This document shows, piece by piece, positions 36,944-44,973 of a stretch of 48,028 nt of DNA. The position numbers were made by a program, and so were the translations under genes. This DNA is from Klebsiella phage vB_KpnS_Chambers_MM6. The stretch's first letter is position 1. Every line of letters starts with the position of its first letter. The notes under the pieces are model-generated. The model had not been told where the DNA came from and did not search any database. It saw only the letters and a list, made by a program, of their open reading frames with translations. Where the stretch lies: the sequence record PP747161.1; one strand, given 5' to 3'.

Positions 36944-37697
36944 CCGCTCGCGGCACATGTTGCAGCCGTGGTTAGACGCTGGCTATGAGTGCTGGACATT
37001 TGACGGGCAGCTTCCTGACGGCGTTCACGAGGTTGAGCCGGGATTGATGGCGGTTGGCATGTGGTTCGACGCCTCAGCTACCAGCGTGCATGCCAGCGAC
37101 GTAGCCAGGATCGTAGGTGGTGGCGTGAAGTTCATCGCCTCTTTCGCGGAATGCACATATCTGACCACTACCGGCGCGCGCTGGCTGTATCACCCGGAAG
37201 ATCGCGATCTTCCAGTTGCTGAGCGCCGACCGCACCCGGCATACCCCAACCGCCGCAGGGATATGGAGGACGCTGTGAAGCTGGCGAAATTCGTTGAGCT
37301 GGTGGAGGCATATTGCCACATCGTCAACGGTGATTTTTCCACCGGCCCGATCCCGTGGATGCTGGAGAATCCGGCTCGATCATTCCTGCCTAAGCTGTGG
37401 CGCAACTTCAATCACACCTTCAACCCGTGTGACTATGGCGGCTATATCCCGGAGGGTGAAGAGATGCACCCGGACTACCCTGGTGTCATTCCTGACCGTG
37501 ACGCCTACACCAAGCTGACCGGGATCTGGTGCAGTGAAGCGTTCGTGATGCCCGAGCCGAAGCCGGTGGAGCCAGTAGGCAAGGATTTCAACCGGGCGAT
37601 AAAGGTCGGCGGAAAGAGCACCCGCACCAAGAACATCCGCAGCGCCACTCCGCGAGGCTTCGCGCTGGCTGTATTCGAGGCAAACCACCGTGCATAA
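36918..37697 (+). CDS. hypothetical protein
   Basis: 259 aa from ATG 36918 with RBS AAGGAG. No motif recognised with confidence. Sits just upstream of Dam. Confidence 0.55.
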   Translation: MKKAIFLFNRSRHMLQPWLDAGYECWTFDGQLPDGVHEVEPGLMAVGMWFDASATSVHASDVARIVGGGVKFIASFAECTYLTTTGARWLYHPEDRDLPVAERRPHPAYPNRRRDMEDAVKLAKFVELVEAYCHIVNGDFSTGPIPWMLENPARSFLPKLWRNFNHTFNPCDYGGYIPEGEEMHPDYPGVIPDRDAYTKLTGIWCSEAFVMPEPKPVEPVGKDFNRAIKVGGKSTRTKNIRSATPRGFALAVFEANHRA

Positions 37698-37704
37698 GTT
37701 CATT

Positions 37705-37920
37705 ATGACACTGGAAGATTACCGGATGTTTGCCACTCGTGAAGAACACCGCGTGATCAGCGTTGAAGAGCCGCCGATTGGCGATGCCTGCATATCGTGT
37801 GAGGGCCGCCTTGATATTCACGTACAGGTGATCTCCTGTCGTGAATGGACGTTAGGCGGTCAGCTGTTTTATGTGAGCAAAATCAAATATCGGTCAAATA
37901 CCCCAAAGGAAACGAAATGA
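37705..37920 (+). CDS. hypothetical small protein
   Basis: 71 aa (or 76 aa from GTG 37690). Stop overlaps the Dam ATG (ATGA coupling). Confidence 0.4.
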   Translation: MTLEDYRMFATREEHRVISVEEPPIGDACISCEGRLDIHVQVISCREWTLGGQLFYVSKIKYRSNTPKETK

Positions 37921-38645
37921 AAGACGAAGCAGACAAAGTGACTATCGACGAGTTCGAAGCAGACCACAACCCGGCGCTGCACGCGGAAGCCGCAGCAAAG
38001 GGAATTACGCCGTGGCAGCTGTTCAGTAATCGCGTATGGGCTACGAAGGGGCTGGTGACTGGCGGGCACTACCAGGCAGTTCGCCAGCAGAAAGTGACCG
38101 GACGCCGGTTCAACGGGAGCAAGACCCCGGATAACGTCCGCCCGAACTGGCGCACCCCTGAGCACGTGTTCGCGTGGCTGGATATGACCTACGGCCCGTT
38201 TGAGGTAGATCTTGCGGCCTGCGAGAAGTCGACGAAATGCGACTTCTACTTTTGCAAGGAAGAGAACAGCCTTGCGCAAGACTGGAGCCAGTTTGATGCG
38301 ATGTTTCTGAACCCGCCTTATGACGACATCACGCCGTGGACGGAGAAGAGCCGCGAGATCAAGCCGGGCGCAGTGCTGGCGGTGGTGCTGCCGAACGACA
38401 ACAGCACAGTGTGGTTCCGCAACATGGTGGATCAGGCCTACACCATCATCAACATCGTCAGCAACGGCAAGAACTCTGGCCGCCTGTCGTTCGAACACGC
38501 TGGCACCGGGAAGCCAGGCAAGCAGAACAACAAAGGCACCGTGCTGTTCATTCTGCGCGGGCGTAAGCGTCGCGCCGGTGTGGAGACGCTCTACATCGAT
38601 CAGGATCAAATGCTGCGCGAACTGGGGTTACTGGATGCACAGTAA
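37917..38645 (+). CDS. dam: DNA N6-adenine methyltransferase (phage Dam family)
   Basis: NPPY catalytic motif (FLNPPYDDITPW). Upstream WRTPEHVFAWLDMTYGPFEVDLAA block typical of phage Dam_N6A methyltransferases. 242 aa. Confidence 0.88.
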   Translation: MKDEADKVTIDEFEADHNPALHAEAAAKGITPWQLFSNRVWATKGLVTGGHYQAVRQQKVTGRRFNGSKTPDNVRPNWRTPEHVFAWLDMTYGPFEVDLAACEKSTKCDFYFCKEENSLAQDWSQFDAMFLNPPYDDITPWTEKSREIKPGAVLAVVLPNDNSTVWFRNMVDQAYTIINIVSNGKNSGRLSFEHAGTGKPGKQNNKGTVLFILRGRKRRAGVETLYIDQDQMLRELGLLDAQ

Positions 38646-38892
38646 GGCGCAGGTCTGGCAGGCCGCGAAGGAGTGCGGCCTCGACGAATTCATTACCGCC
38701 GTTTCAAAAGCGTTTCCCGGCGCGATTGACGGCGTGGCGATATCTGCGAAAGGGATCGGTGTTCTGGCGACTGACGACCGCATGCTGCGCAGGCTGGTGA
38801 GGGTTAAACCGGGCGTGACGCTCACAAAGCAACAGGTCAAGGAGATAAGGACGAAATCTGGTGTTACTATGCGATATAAAGGGGAAAATTGA
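38635..38892 (+). CDS. hypothetical protein
   Basis: 85 aa from ATG 38635, overlapping the Dam 3' end by 11 nt. Weak RBS. Confidence 0.35.
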   Translation: MHSKAQVWQAAKECGLDEFITAVSKAFPGAIDGVAISAKGIGVLATDDRMLRRLVRVKPGVTLTKQQVKEIRTKSGVTMRYKGEN

Positions 38893-38904
38893 GGAGTAGC
38901 ACCG

Positions 38905-39099
38905 ATGGGTAAGACGTACCCGAGGCACAATGCCCGCACTGTATCACGGGCTGACAGGCTGCGCAGGATGAACCAAGATAAGAACACGCGAGTCATCACC
39001 AAATACATCGCCGGGACACTAGCCCGGCTACCAGAAGGAGAAGATCATGACGTTAGCACAGGCAATCTTGAAGGCATCAACCGAAGGGCGAGATCTTAA
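38905..39099 (+). CDS. hypothetical small basic protein
   Basis: 64 aa, RBS GAGGAG 8 nt upstream. Overlaps the next ORF by 53 nt, so its true 3' extent is uncertain. Confidence 0.3.
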   Translation: MGKTYPRHNARTVSRADRLRRMNQDKNTRVITKYIAGTLARLPEGEDHDVSTGNLEGINRRARS

Positions 39100-39301
39100 A
39101 GTAGGAAAGGGCGTAGATCGTGAGAACAAGCACATAGGCCCGCGAAACGGTAAGTTCTGGACTGACGAACGCATTCAGGAAGTGACCGACGACGTCACCG
39201 TTCGGCGGATGACGAAGGCGCAGATCATGGAGAAGCACAACATCACTGAAAGCGGTTTTTACAACGCCTGCTACCGTTTTGGGATCCCGACAACAAAATG
39301 A
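39047..39301 (+). CDS. hypothetical protein with probable C-terminal HTH
   Basis: 84 aa, RBS AGGAG. RRMTKAQIMEKHNITESGFYNACYRFG resembles a small HTH DNA-binding domain. Confidence 0.5.
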   Translation: MTLAQAILKASTEGRDLKVGKGVDRENKHIGPRNGKFWTDERIQEVTDDVTVRRMTKAQIMEKHNITESGFYNACYRFGIPTTK

Positions 39302-39825
39302 AAAAACATACCGTTATTCATATCGACACGGCTGAATTTCATAATGCCGTCTATATCCTTGGTCGTGAAGAGAAGATCTATAACTGGAACCAGAACGTCG
39401 AGTTCCGCAAGCGCCTTGTTGGCCTACTGGGGGAGATTGCAGCAGCGAAGCACCTGAACAACATTTACGGCCGCCACCGGATCATCATCCCGATGGGAGT
39501 CAACGCGCGCACCGGCGTTTCGGTTAATGCGTTCGGCCAGGGTGACATCATGACCATCTCACGCACAGGGACGCGAGAACGGCAAACGCACGTCTATGAG
39601 GTGAAATCCACCGAGGGAATCGGCAAGCAGTTGCCAACCATCCGGCAGGACAACGCTGAAAGCTACGTGATGAACGGCGTTGATGCAATCATTCTGGTGG
39701 CGGTGCATATCAACAAGGCGAAGGCAGAGTGCCGGATCATGCAGCAGGTATCGCCTGTTGAAGTGATCGAGAAGTGGAGGCCGATGGTTAACCGGTACGG
39801 TCAGGAGTGTTATGCTTTCAACTAA
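39298..39825 (+). CDS. hypothetical protein
   Basis: 175 aa, ATGA coupling. GDIMTISRTGTRERQTHVYEVKST is a possible D...E.K nuclease-like motif. Followed by a strong terminator. Confidence 0.55.
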   Translation: MKKHTVIHIDTAEFHNAVYILGREEKIYNWNQNVEFRKRLVGLLGEIAAAKHLNNIYGRHRIIIPMGVNARTGVSVNAFGQGDIMTISRTGTRERQTHVYEVKSTEGIGKQLPTIRQDNAESYVMNGVDAIILVAVHINKAKAECRIMQQVSPVEVIEKWRPMVNRYGQECYAFN

Positions 39826-39846
39826 ATAGACTTTGAGATTATCATG

Positions 39847-39879
39847 GCCCCCGTTAACACTCACGGGGGCTTTTCTTTT
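39847..39879 (+). terminator. intrinsic terminator upstream of lysis cassette
   Basis: GCCCCCGT-taacactc-ACGGGGGC followed by TTTTCTTTT. Confidence 0.7.
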
Positions 39880-39916
39880 GGGCGACTTCTTCCACGGCAT
39901 CACCGACATCTATCGG

Positions 39917-40228
39917 ATGTATAAGACCGACTTAGATTACCCCATCGCTGCGGCCGTCATGGCTACATTGCGTCACATCCAGCTCGGTCATGAAAGGCGA
40001 CAGATCTGGACTAATGCGATCATGGCGGCAATGTTCGCGAAGGGCATCACCTTTATCATCAACATCATCGGGGATTCCGTTCCGCGAATGCACTGGATCG
40101 CAAACCAGGATGCAGGCTGGATCGTTGCCTGCGTGCTTGGGTACGTTGGGATCGACAAGGTCATTCGCGTGGTTGAGCGGTATTTCCCGTCCATGAATCT
40201 CAGGGGAAAAAATGATCGGCAACCTTAA
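39917..40228 (+). CDS. holin (class II-like, two TM segments)
   Basis: 103 aa from ATG 39917, downstream of terminator 39847-39879. TM segments IWTNAIMAAMFAKGITFIINIIG and AGWIVACVLGYVGI. Charged C-terminus. First gene of the lysis cassette. Confidence 0.55.
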   Translation: MYKTDLDYPIAAAVMATLRHIQLGHERRQIWTNAIMAAMFAKGITFIINIIGDSVPRMHWIANQDAGWIVACVLGYVGIDKVIRVVERYFPSMNLRGKNDRQP

Positions 40229-40712
40229 AATTTACCTGCTGGCGGCACTTGCCGCCTTTTTGCTATGGCAGGGCGGCAGCTATGCACTGAGCAGGTACGG
40301 CGAAAGCCGGTATGAAAGCGGCGTTACAGCTGGGATTAACAAGGAGGCTGAACGCAGAAACAAAATTGACCGTGATCTGGCCGAAATGCGCCAGAGGGAG
40401 AAAGACCAAGATGATCGCGACACGACTCGCCGGATTGACCAAGCACGCGCTGACGCTGCTAGTGCTGCTTATGCTGCTGACAGGCTGCGCCAGCAACTCA
40501 ACTCAGCCACTGCCATCGCAAAACAACGCGCCTCCGCTGTCGGCGTTAGCAGTGATGCCGGAACGCTCGCCGATCTGCTCGCCGAGCTGTTCTATCAGTC
40601 AGTGCAAGCGGGTAACGAACTGGCAGCAGAAGCTGATCGATACTACATCGCCGGGCAGCGCTGCAACACCCAGTACAACCGACTATTGCAAGCAGCAAGG
40701 AGTAACAAATGA
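40212..40712 (+). CDS. i-spanin (Rz-like)
   Basis: N-terminal TM helix LKIYLLAALAAFLLW. Periplasmic charged coiled coil rich in Arg/Asp/Glu/Gln. Overlaps a +1-frame lipoprotein gene. Confidence 0.75.
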   Translation: MIGNLKIYLLAALAAFLLWQGGSYALSRYGESRYESGVTAGINKEAERRNKIDRDLAEMRQREKDQDDRDTTRRIDQARADAASAAYAADRLRQQLNSATAIAKQRASAVGVSSDAGTLADLLAELFYQSVQAGNELAAEADRYYIAGQRCNTQYNRLLQAARSNK

Positions 40713-40722
40713 AGATGAGTGA
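40411..40722 (+). CDS. o-spanin (Rz1-like outer-membrane lipoprotein), overlapping the i-spanin gene in +1 frame
   Basis: Signal peptide plus lipobox LLMLLTGC ASNS. Pro-rich mature part with Cys residues. Starts inside the i-spanin ORF and ends 10 nt after it. Confidence 0.75.
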   Translation: MIATRLAGLTKHALTLLVLLMLLTGCASNSTQPLPSQNNAPPLSALAVMPERSPICSPSCSISQCKRVTNWQQKLIDTTSPGSAATPSTTDYCKQQGVTNEDE

Positions 40723-41206
40723 CAACGGGCTGCAATTTACAGCAGCATGGGAGGAATTCCGCAGCGCGCCTTACTTCGCCACCGAAGACGAGCGCCGTCG
40801 CGGGATCTACACCTGGGGCTTCGGGCACACTGGCCGCAACCCTCCACGCATCAACATCACGCGAGAAGCCGCGCTGGCGATCCTGCGTGAAGACGTAGCC
40901 TATGCTGAGAAGAAGGTGAACGAGTGGGCACATAAGTCCATCACGCAACCCATCTTCGACGCGCTGGTTGATCTGGTCATCAATGCCGGTGAAGAGCCAA
41001 TCAAGCCGGACAAGAAGGCGGGAGACTTCGACGACCTGGTGACGCAAGGTCGCTGGGATGAGCTGATCGTACAGCTGGAGTTCTTCCGCAAACAGAACGG
41101 GAAGATCATCCCTGGGCTGGTTCGCCGGGCACTGGCGCGGCAGGCGCTGGCGAAGGGGATGAACTGGCGGGATGCTGAGGCCGTTGGCCGGAACGCGAAG
41201 GTGTAA
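40709..41206 (+). CDS. endolysin (GH24 T4-type lysozyme)
   Basis: EEFRSAPYFATEDERRRGIYTWGFGHTG contains the catalytic Glu/Asp/Thr triad arrangement of phage lysozymes. RBS AGGAG. Bidirectional terminator downstream. Confidence 0.88.
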   Translation: MKMSDNGLQFTAAWEEFRSAPYFATEDERRRGIYTWGFGHTGRNPPRINITREAALAILREDVAYAEKKVNEWAHKSITQPIFDALVDLVINAGEEPIKPDKKAGDFDDLVTQGRWDELIVQLEFFRKQNGKIIPGLVRRALARQALAKGMNWRDAEAVGRNAKV

Positions 41207-41237
41207 AAAACAGGGGGCCATTTGGCCCCTTGTTTTT
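41205..41237. terminator. bidirectional intrinsic terminator after lysozyme gene
   Basis: AAAAAA-CA-GGGGGCCA-tt-TGGCCCC-TTG-TTTTT. Confidence 0.75.
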
Positions 41238-41475
41238 AGTTCAGAACAATGAAACTCAACAGCAGATAGCCAGGCGCGTATTCGCCAACGTTGGCGATGT
41301 GAGTCACCTCAACCCTGATCACCCTTCCTGTGTATCCGCCGATCTCCGTCCACTCCCTCAACATCAGGGTGTCGCCATCAGCGTAATCCCGGTCGAACTT
41401 CCTTAACTCCGCTCGTTTTTTACCAGAAACAGCCGCGTTAAAGTGAACCGGGAGGATTTTAAGATCGTGGATCAC
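41236..41475 (-). CDS. DUF3850 / ASCH-like small protein
   Basis: HDLKILPVHFNAAVSGKKRAELRKFDRDYADGDTLMLRE closely follows the DUF3850 (ASCH-fold) consensus. GTG start with GGGAGGG RBS. Confidence 0.65.
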   Translation of the reverse strand: MIHDLKILPVHFNAAVSGKKRAELRKFDRDYADGDTLMLREWTEIGGYTGRVIRVEVTHIANVGEYAPGYLLLSFIVLN

Positions 41476-42161
41476 TTCATCCCTCCCACGACCTCAGCGC
41501 CGATAGCCGCGTACCCAGCGAGGTCTTCGAACGAGTCGGTGTTGTCGTCAGTCTGAGCGCGGCAGATCTTTAAAATGGATTGTAGCGTCACCACGTCCAG
41601 GCCAGTCAGCGGCATGTTCTGGCGGTTCGCAGACGAACGCACGATATTGAATGCGTCAGCTACGCGGTCGAACTGGCGCTCTTTGCCGTTCTCCGCGCCG
41701 TAGCGGCGACCGCGCTCCTCAAGGTGGCCCTTTACCTTCTCAAGAACCTGGGCGGCGTCAAGAGGCTCAGAGGAGCTTTTATGGGCATCGGCCTTTTCGG
41801 CGACCATGTAGATCGCGGTTCCATCCGTGCGAGCACAGTCGCGGTTCAGTGTCGCGATGTTGTCGAGGGTCAGCGCCGACTCATCAGCTACACCGTGGTG
41901 GTGGAAGAAGTTGGTCGGAAATTCGATCACGTTAGGGACTGAGTATTCACCGTGTTCCACCAGGCAATGCCAGCGGGCGATGATGGTTTCCTGTCCGGCA
42001 AGCTCACCGTAGCCGATGAACGTCACCAGCGAGTTGCGGCCCGGAATGTTGCTGCCGCGCAGCGGGCTGCCGCCTTCGCTGATCTCATAGGTGAAGCGCA
42101 GAATGTCCCCGGCAGTGAAGCGGTCGGTAACGTCAGTTGTTTTTTTCTTCTTGGTGGTCAT
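41472..42161 (-). CDS. hypothetical protein
   Basis: ~229 aa. Start at the second ATG (42161), which has GAGGA 7 nt upstream. No confident domain assignment. Confidence 0.55.
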   Translation of the reverse strand: MTTKKKKTTDVTDRFTAGDILRFTYEISEGGSPLRGSNIPGRNSLVTFIGYGELAGQETIIARWHCLVEHGEYSVPNVIEFPTNFFHHHGVADESALTLDNIATLNRDCARTDGTAIYMVAEKADAHKSSSEPLDAAQVLEKVKGHLEERGRRYGAENGKERQFDRVADAFNIVRSSANRQNMPLTGLDVVTLQSILKICRAQTDDNTDSFEDLAGYAAIGAEVVGGMK

Positions 42162-42171
42162 GTTCATTTCC

Positions 42172-42414
42172 TCAGCATTGCATTAGTGTTTTGCGCCAGT
42201 CGGCGCTTTCGAGATCGACGTAGCCTAGCAGAACAGGCACCCCTTCTGAACTCCAAAATTCAGAACGGTGATTCACGAACGGCTCTATGTCGTAGGCATA
42301 TAGCGCGCCATCCATATCCACCGCCACCCAATTCGACCAGCGCGGCACGGTTATGACCATGCCGTTATAGTTGAATACCTTAAACAGCCCGTTAGTTATC
42401 AGCTTCATAATCAT
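42172..42414 (-). CDS. hypothetical protein
   Basis: ~80 aa. The ORF-track start is TTG at 42420. ATG at 42414 or 42408 is more likely. Confidence 0.45.
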   Translation of the reverse strand: MIMKLITNGLFKVFNYNGMVITVPRWSNWVAVDMDGALYAYDIEPFVNHRSEFWSSEGVPVLLGYVDLESADWRKTLMQC

Positions 42415-42778
42415 CCCCAAAGCACGGAACGCGCGGGTAGGTCACTGGTGCATAGGCCTCGATCCTGAAATCGCGGTTACGGTCGATCGGCTGGTAGAAT
42501 GAACTGAACTCCGGGTGAATGCCTTCCTGGCACCAGCCGACGAAGAAGAACGGTTCGCCGCCTTCATCGGTGCGGCCGTCCCAGCACGCCAGCTGTTCAT
42601 CGGTGTACCCGCATTCGTCGAAATTAACGTACCAGAAGCGGCGGATCAGGCGGCAGTTGTTACGCAGACGCACCACCACCCAAAACTCCATTTCATGCCC
42701 GTGCTCAATGTCCGGGGTGTCGCCCAAAGACCAGACTGACGGCAAGAATTGTTCGAATACTGGCTCTTTCTGTTTCAT
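42392..42778 (-). CDS. hypothetical protein
   Basis: 128 aa from ATG 42778 (MKQKEPVFEQ). The longer N-terminal extension would overlap the upstream gene by 100 nt. Confidence 0.5.
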   Translation of the reverse strand: MKQKEPVFEQFLPSVWSLGDTPDIEHGHEMEFWVVVRLRNNCRLIRRFWYVNFDECGYTDEQLACWDGRTDEGGEPFFFVGWCQEGIHPEFSSFYQPIDRNRDFRIEAYAPVTYPRVPCFGDDYEADN

Positions 42779-43059
42779 TTGCAAAAATCCTCTACGTTGA
42801 TGAAGTCGGGGGTAATAACCATGTTTCCCGCCCGCAGGAAGCTCAGGCCGAAGCGGTGGATCAGGGTGCTGCACTGGTCGATGTCGCTGTAGTGCATTCG
42901 ACGCCAGAATCCTTTCAGTGTCCCGACGTCGTCCCAGCGCACTTGCGGGCGGTCGATGAACTCAGCGCGGACGAACCGGCCATATTGCCAAACCCATTGC
43001 CCTGGCTTCACGTCGGCGACCTCCACGAGCTTAGTGGGGAATACCGGGATCTTGCTCAT
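42775..43059 (-). CDS. hypothetical protein
   Basis: 94 aa. Overlap-coupled on both sides within the leftward operon. Confidence 0.5.
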   Translation of the reverse strand: MSKIPVFPTKLVEVADVKPGQWVWQYGRFVRAEFIDRPQVRWDDVGTLKGFWRRMHYSDIDQCSTLIHRFGLSFLRAGNMVITPDFINVEDFCK

Positions 43060-43418
43060 CGTGCTTTCACCTCGCCGTAGTAGCCAACGTCCATCAGGTC
43101 TGATACGACCGCGATGACCTGAGCCTTCGCCTCATCATCTGCCTTGTTGTTGGCAATGGCCTTCATCACTGCGCTGCGGGTGACGTCGAACATCGGTTCG
43201 GACACGTTACCCTTGCGGTAGCGCTCACCCAGCTTGCAGGCGTCCTTCATGACCTTATCCATCTGCGCGTTATCCGGCAGGCGGTCGTATACACCAAGAT
43301 CGCGCTGGATATTGATGTTCTTGATGCCAACGGCGCAGCTAACGGCGCTGGCGTCCCCGACGTATGAGCATCCCAGCACAGCGGCGGCGGCGATGGCGAT
43401 GGCGGTAATGCGTTTCAT
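43056..43418 (-). CDS. lipoprotein (signal peptide + lipobox AVLGC)
   Basis: MKRITAIAIAAAAVLGCSY is a type II signal peptide with a lipobox Cys. RBS AAGGAG. 120 aa hydrophilic mature domain. Confidence 0.65.
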   Translation of the reverse strand: MKRITAIAIAAAAVLGCSYVGDASAVSCAVGIKNINIQRDLGVYDRLPDNAQMDKVMKDACKLGERYRKGNVSEPMFDVTRSAVMKAIANNKADDEAKAQVIAVVSDLMDVGYYGEVKAR

Positions 43419-43421
43419 CGG

Positions 43422-43652
43422 TTACTCCTTATTACCACGGATGGCGGCGATGGTTTCAATGTGGCGGCGCTCTTCCTGGCGGCGGCGCTCTTCTTCTTCG
43501 GCGATGTTACGCATCACCAGCAGAAACAGGATCGCCAGCAGCGGGGAGAACACCAGCGACAGCAGCGCCCAACCCAGTCCATTACGTCCACGACGGTCAG
43601 CAGCGATGCCTACCAGTAAAGCCAGAACACACCAAATAATTAACACGCTCAT
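43422..43652 (-). CDS. small inner-membrane protein (2 TM helices)
   Basis: 76 aa from ATG 43652 with AGGAG 8 nt upstream. VLIIWCVLALLVGIAA and LGWALLSLVFSPLLAILFLLV hydrophobic helices. Charged EEEERRRQEERRH tail. Preceded by a TTGACA-18-TAATAT promoter plus a hairpin. Confidence 0.55.
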   Translation of the reverse strand: MSVLIIWCVLALLVGIAADRRGRNGLGWALLSLVFSPLLAILFLLVMRNIAEEEERRRQEERRHIETIAAIRGNKE

Positions 43653-43694
43653 GATTCTCTCTCCTGTTAGTCCCGGCACCCTGCCGGGATCTGC

Positions 43695-43724
43695 ATATTA
43701 GTACGGAATAATAACCAGTGTCAA
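43695..43724 (-). promoter_or_regulatory. near-consensus leftward promoter (TTGACA-18-TAATAT) followed by a 7-bp hairpin
   Basis: -35 at 43724..43719, -10 at 43700..43695. Hairpin CCCGGCA-ccc-TGCCGGG at 43672-43688 lies in the leader before the membrane-protein gene. Confidence 0.55.
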
Positions 43725-43726
43725 CA

Positions 43727-44059
43727 CTATAGAATAATTCCAGCGCCGTGCGTGTAAACGGTGGCGATGGTGAGCAGCTCAAGGCGTAGCGACTTCAACG
43801 CCCCGGCGGCGGTCTTTGCGTCGATCTCGGTGACGTGGCTCTTCGAGTCGGTATAAGACGCCTTAAAGCGGTTGTGCCCGTAGGCGATGCAGCGCACGCG
43901 GCCGAACTCGACGACGACACGGTAGGTCTTCTCCTTCGTCTTGTCGTTGATAGCCTCAATGACGCTGAACCTCGCGCCGTTCAGGATAAGCGAGCAGATG
44001 TGAGCGCCAATCTCGCGGGCTTCGTCGTGGCTGGTGATCTTCTTTAGCTGGTCAATCAT
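43727..44059 (-). CDS. hypothetical protein
   Basis: 110 aa. Strong RBS GAGGAGG 5 nt upstream of ATG 44059. Confidence 0.55.
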   Translation of the reverse strand: MIDQLKKITSHDEAREIGAHICSLILNGARFSVIEAINDKTKEKTYRVVVEFGRVRCIAYGHNRFKASYTDSKSHVTEIDAKTAAGALKSLRLELLTIATVYTHGAGIIL

Positions 44060-44282
44060 TGCGGGCCTCCTCGCGGCCTGCGGGCGTGATCTCGCACGCC
44101 CCGGTAGTTATGTTCCACTTTGCCAGCCCACGGCTGACAAGTCCGTTCAGCGCGGTGACGGTATGTGACTTGCTGTCGTATACCCAGTCGCCTGCGCGCC
44201 ATTCTGAGACAGCAAGCCGCTTTAATACGGCCCGCTGTCTGATACGCAGCTTCACTCCGGGCGACCCCCGGCAGCCAGCCAT
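44052..44282 (-). CDS. hypothetical protein (possible winged-helix)
   Basis: ORF 44052..44315. No SD at either candidate ATG. Overlaps the upstream gene. Retained at low confidence. Confidence 0.3.
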   Translation of the reverse strand: MAGCRGSPGVKLRIRQRAVLKRLAVSEWRAGDWVYDSKSHTVTALNGLVSRGLAKWNITTGACEITPAGREEARND

Positions 44283-44578
44283 GCAGCGTAAGCGATAGAT
44301 CGCGTCAGATCGCACTTCATGGTGATCTTGCGGTCTTCATCAGCGTTGACCCACTGCGAGAACGTCAGATTCAGAGGCATAGGCTCACCCTCAGCGGCTG
44401 CGAGCGCATGGTGATAGCTGTTCAGCGACAGCAGCAGGGAGACTCGCTGCCGGGCAGTCATTTCACGCATGATCGCCCGCACGCACATGGAGGCGCTCCC
44501 CGCCCCTTCATGCTTGCGCTGTCGGCCATCCCAGAACTGGAATTTCATCGACAGCGGTGGTCTTTTACGTCCGTCCAT
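44252..44578 (-). CDS. hypothetical protein
   Basis: 108 aa. AGGAGG 5 nt upstream of ATG 44578. Confidence 0.55.
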   Translation of the reverse strand: MDGRKRPPLSMKFQFWDGRQRKHEGAGSASMCVRAIMREMTARQRVSLLLSLNSYHHALAAAEGEPMPLNLTFSQWVNADEDRKITMKCDLTRSIAYAAWLAAGGRPE

Positions 44579-44590
44579 AATTTCCTCCTG

Positions 44591-44908
44591 CTATGATATA
44601 TATTCGACGGTTTCAGGAATGATCGCCGCATATTTGCAGCGTTTTAGCGCTGGTATGTACCAGAAAGAAAACATCCGTTCTTCGCCTGAGCTGTCGTCAA
44701 TGTCAACGTGACACAAAGACGCCTCATAGACGATCCCACTGGCAGCGGTGACGCGAACTCTTGGGTAGACGATCCCCTTCCATGCGCCATCAATGCCCTT
44801 CATGAACTTGTTGGCGGCTTCGTCTGCGCGAATGAACGACGGTTGGTCGTGGTAAGGGAAGAAAGCGACCTCAGCGCCATTAACGACGACGGTGACGCAT
44901 TTACTCAT
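44591..44908 (-). CDS. hypothetical protein
   Basis: 105 aa. GGAGGAG RBS upstream of ATG 44908. Hairpin GGCCCCCGAAGGGGCC just upstream. Confidence 0.55.
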   Translation of the reverse strand: MSKCVTVVVNGAEVAFFPYHDQPSFIRADEAANKFMKGIDGAWKGIVYPRVRVTAASGIVYEASLCHVDIDDSSGEERMFSFWYIPALKRCKYAAIIPETVEYIS

Positions 44909-44973
44909 AGGCTCCTCCGGTTGTGGCCCCCGAAGGGGCCGGTTGTTTCAGCAGATATAGTCAACAATATTTA

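Noticed and set aside
36918-37697. Idea that this is a C5-cytosine methyltransferase
   Set aside because: An FxLF...G-like N-terminal segment and ENP / PCD tripeptides superficially resemble motifs I, VI and IV. However they occur in the wrong order and lack the FxGxGG and PCQ consensus, so the call was left as hypothetical.
37869-38609. 246-aa minus-strand ORF
   Set aside because: Antisense to the Dam methyltransferase gene, which has the NPPY motif.
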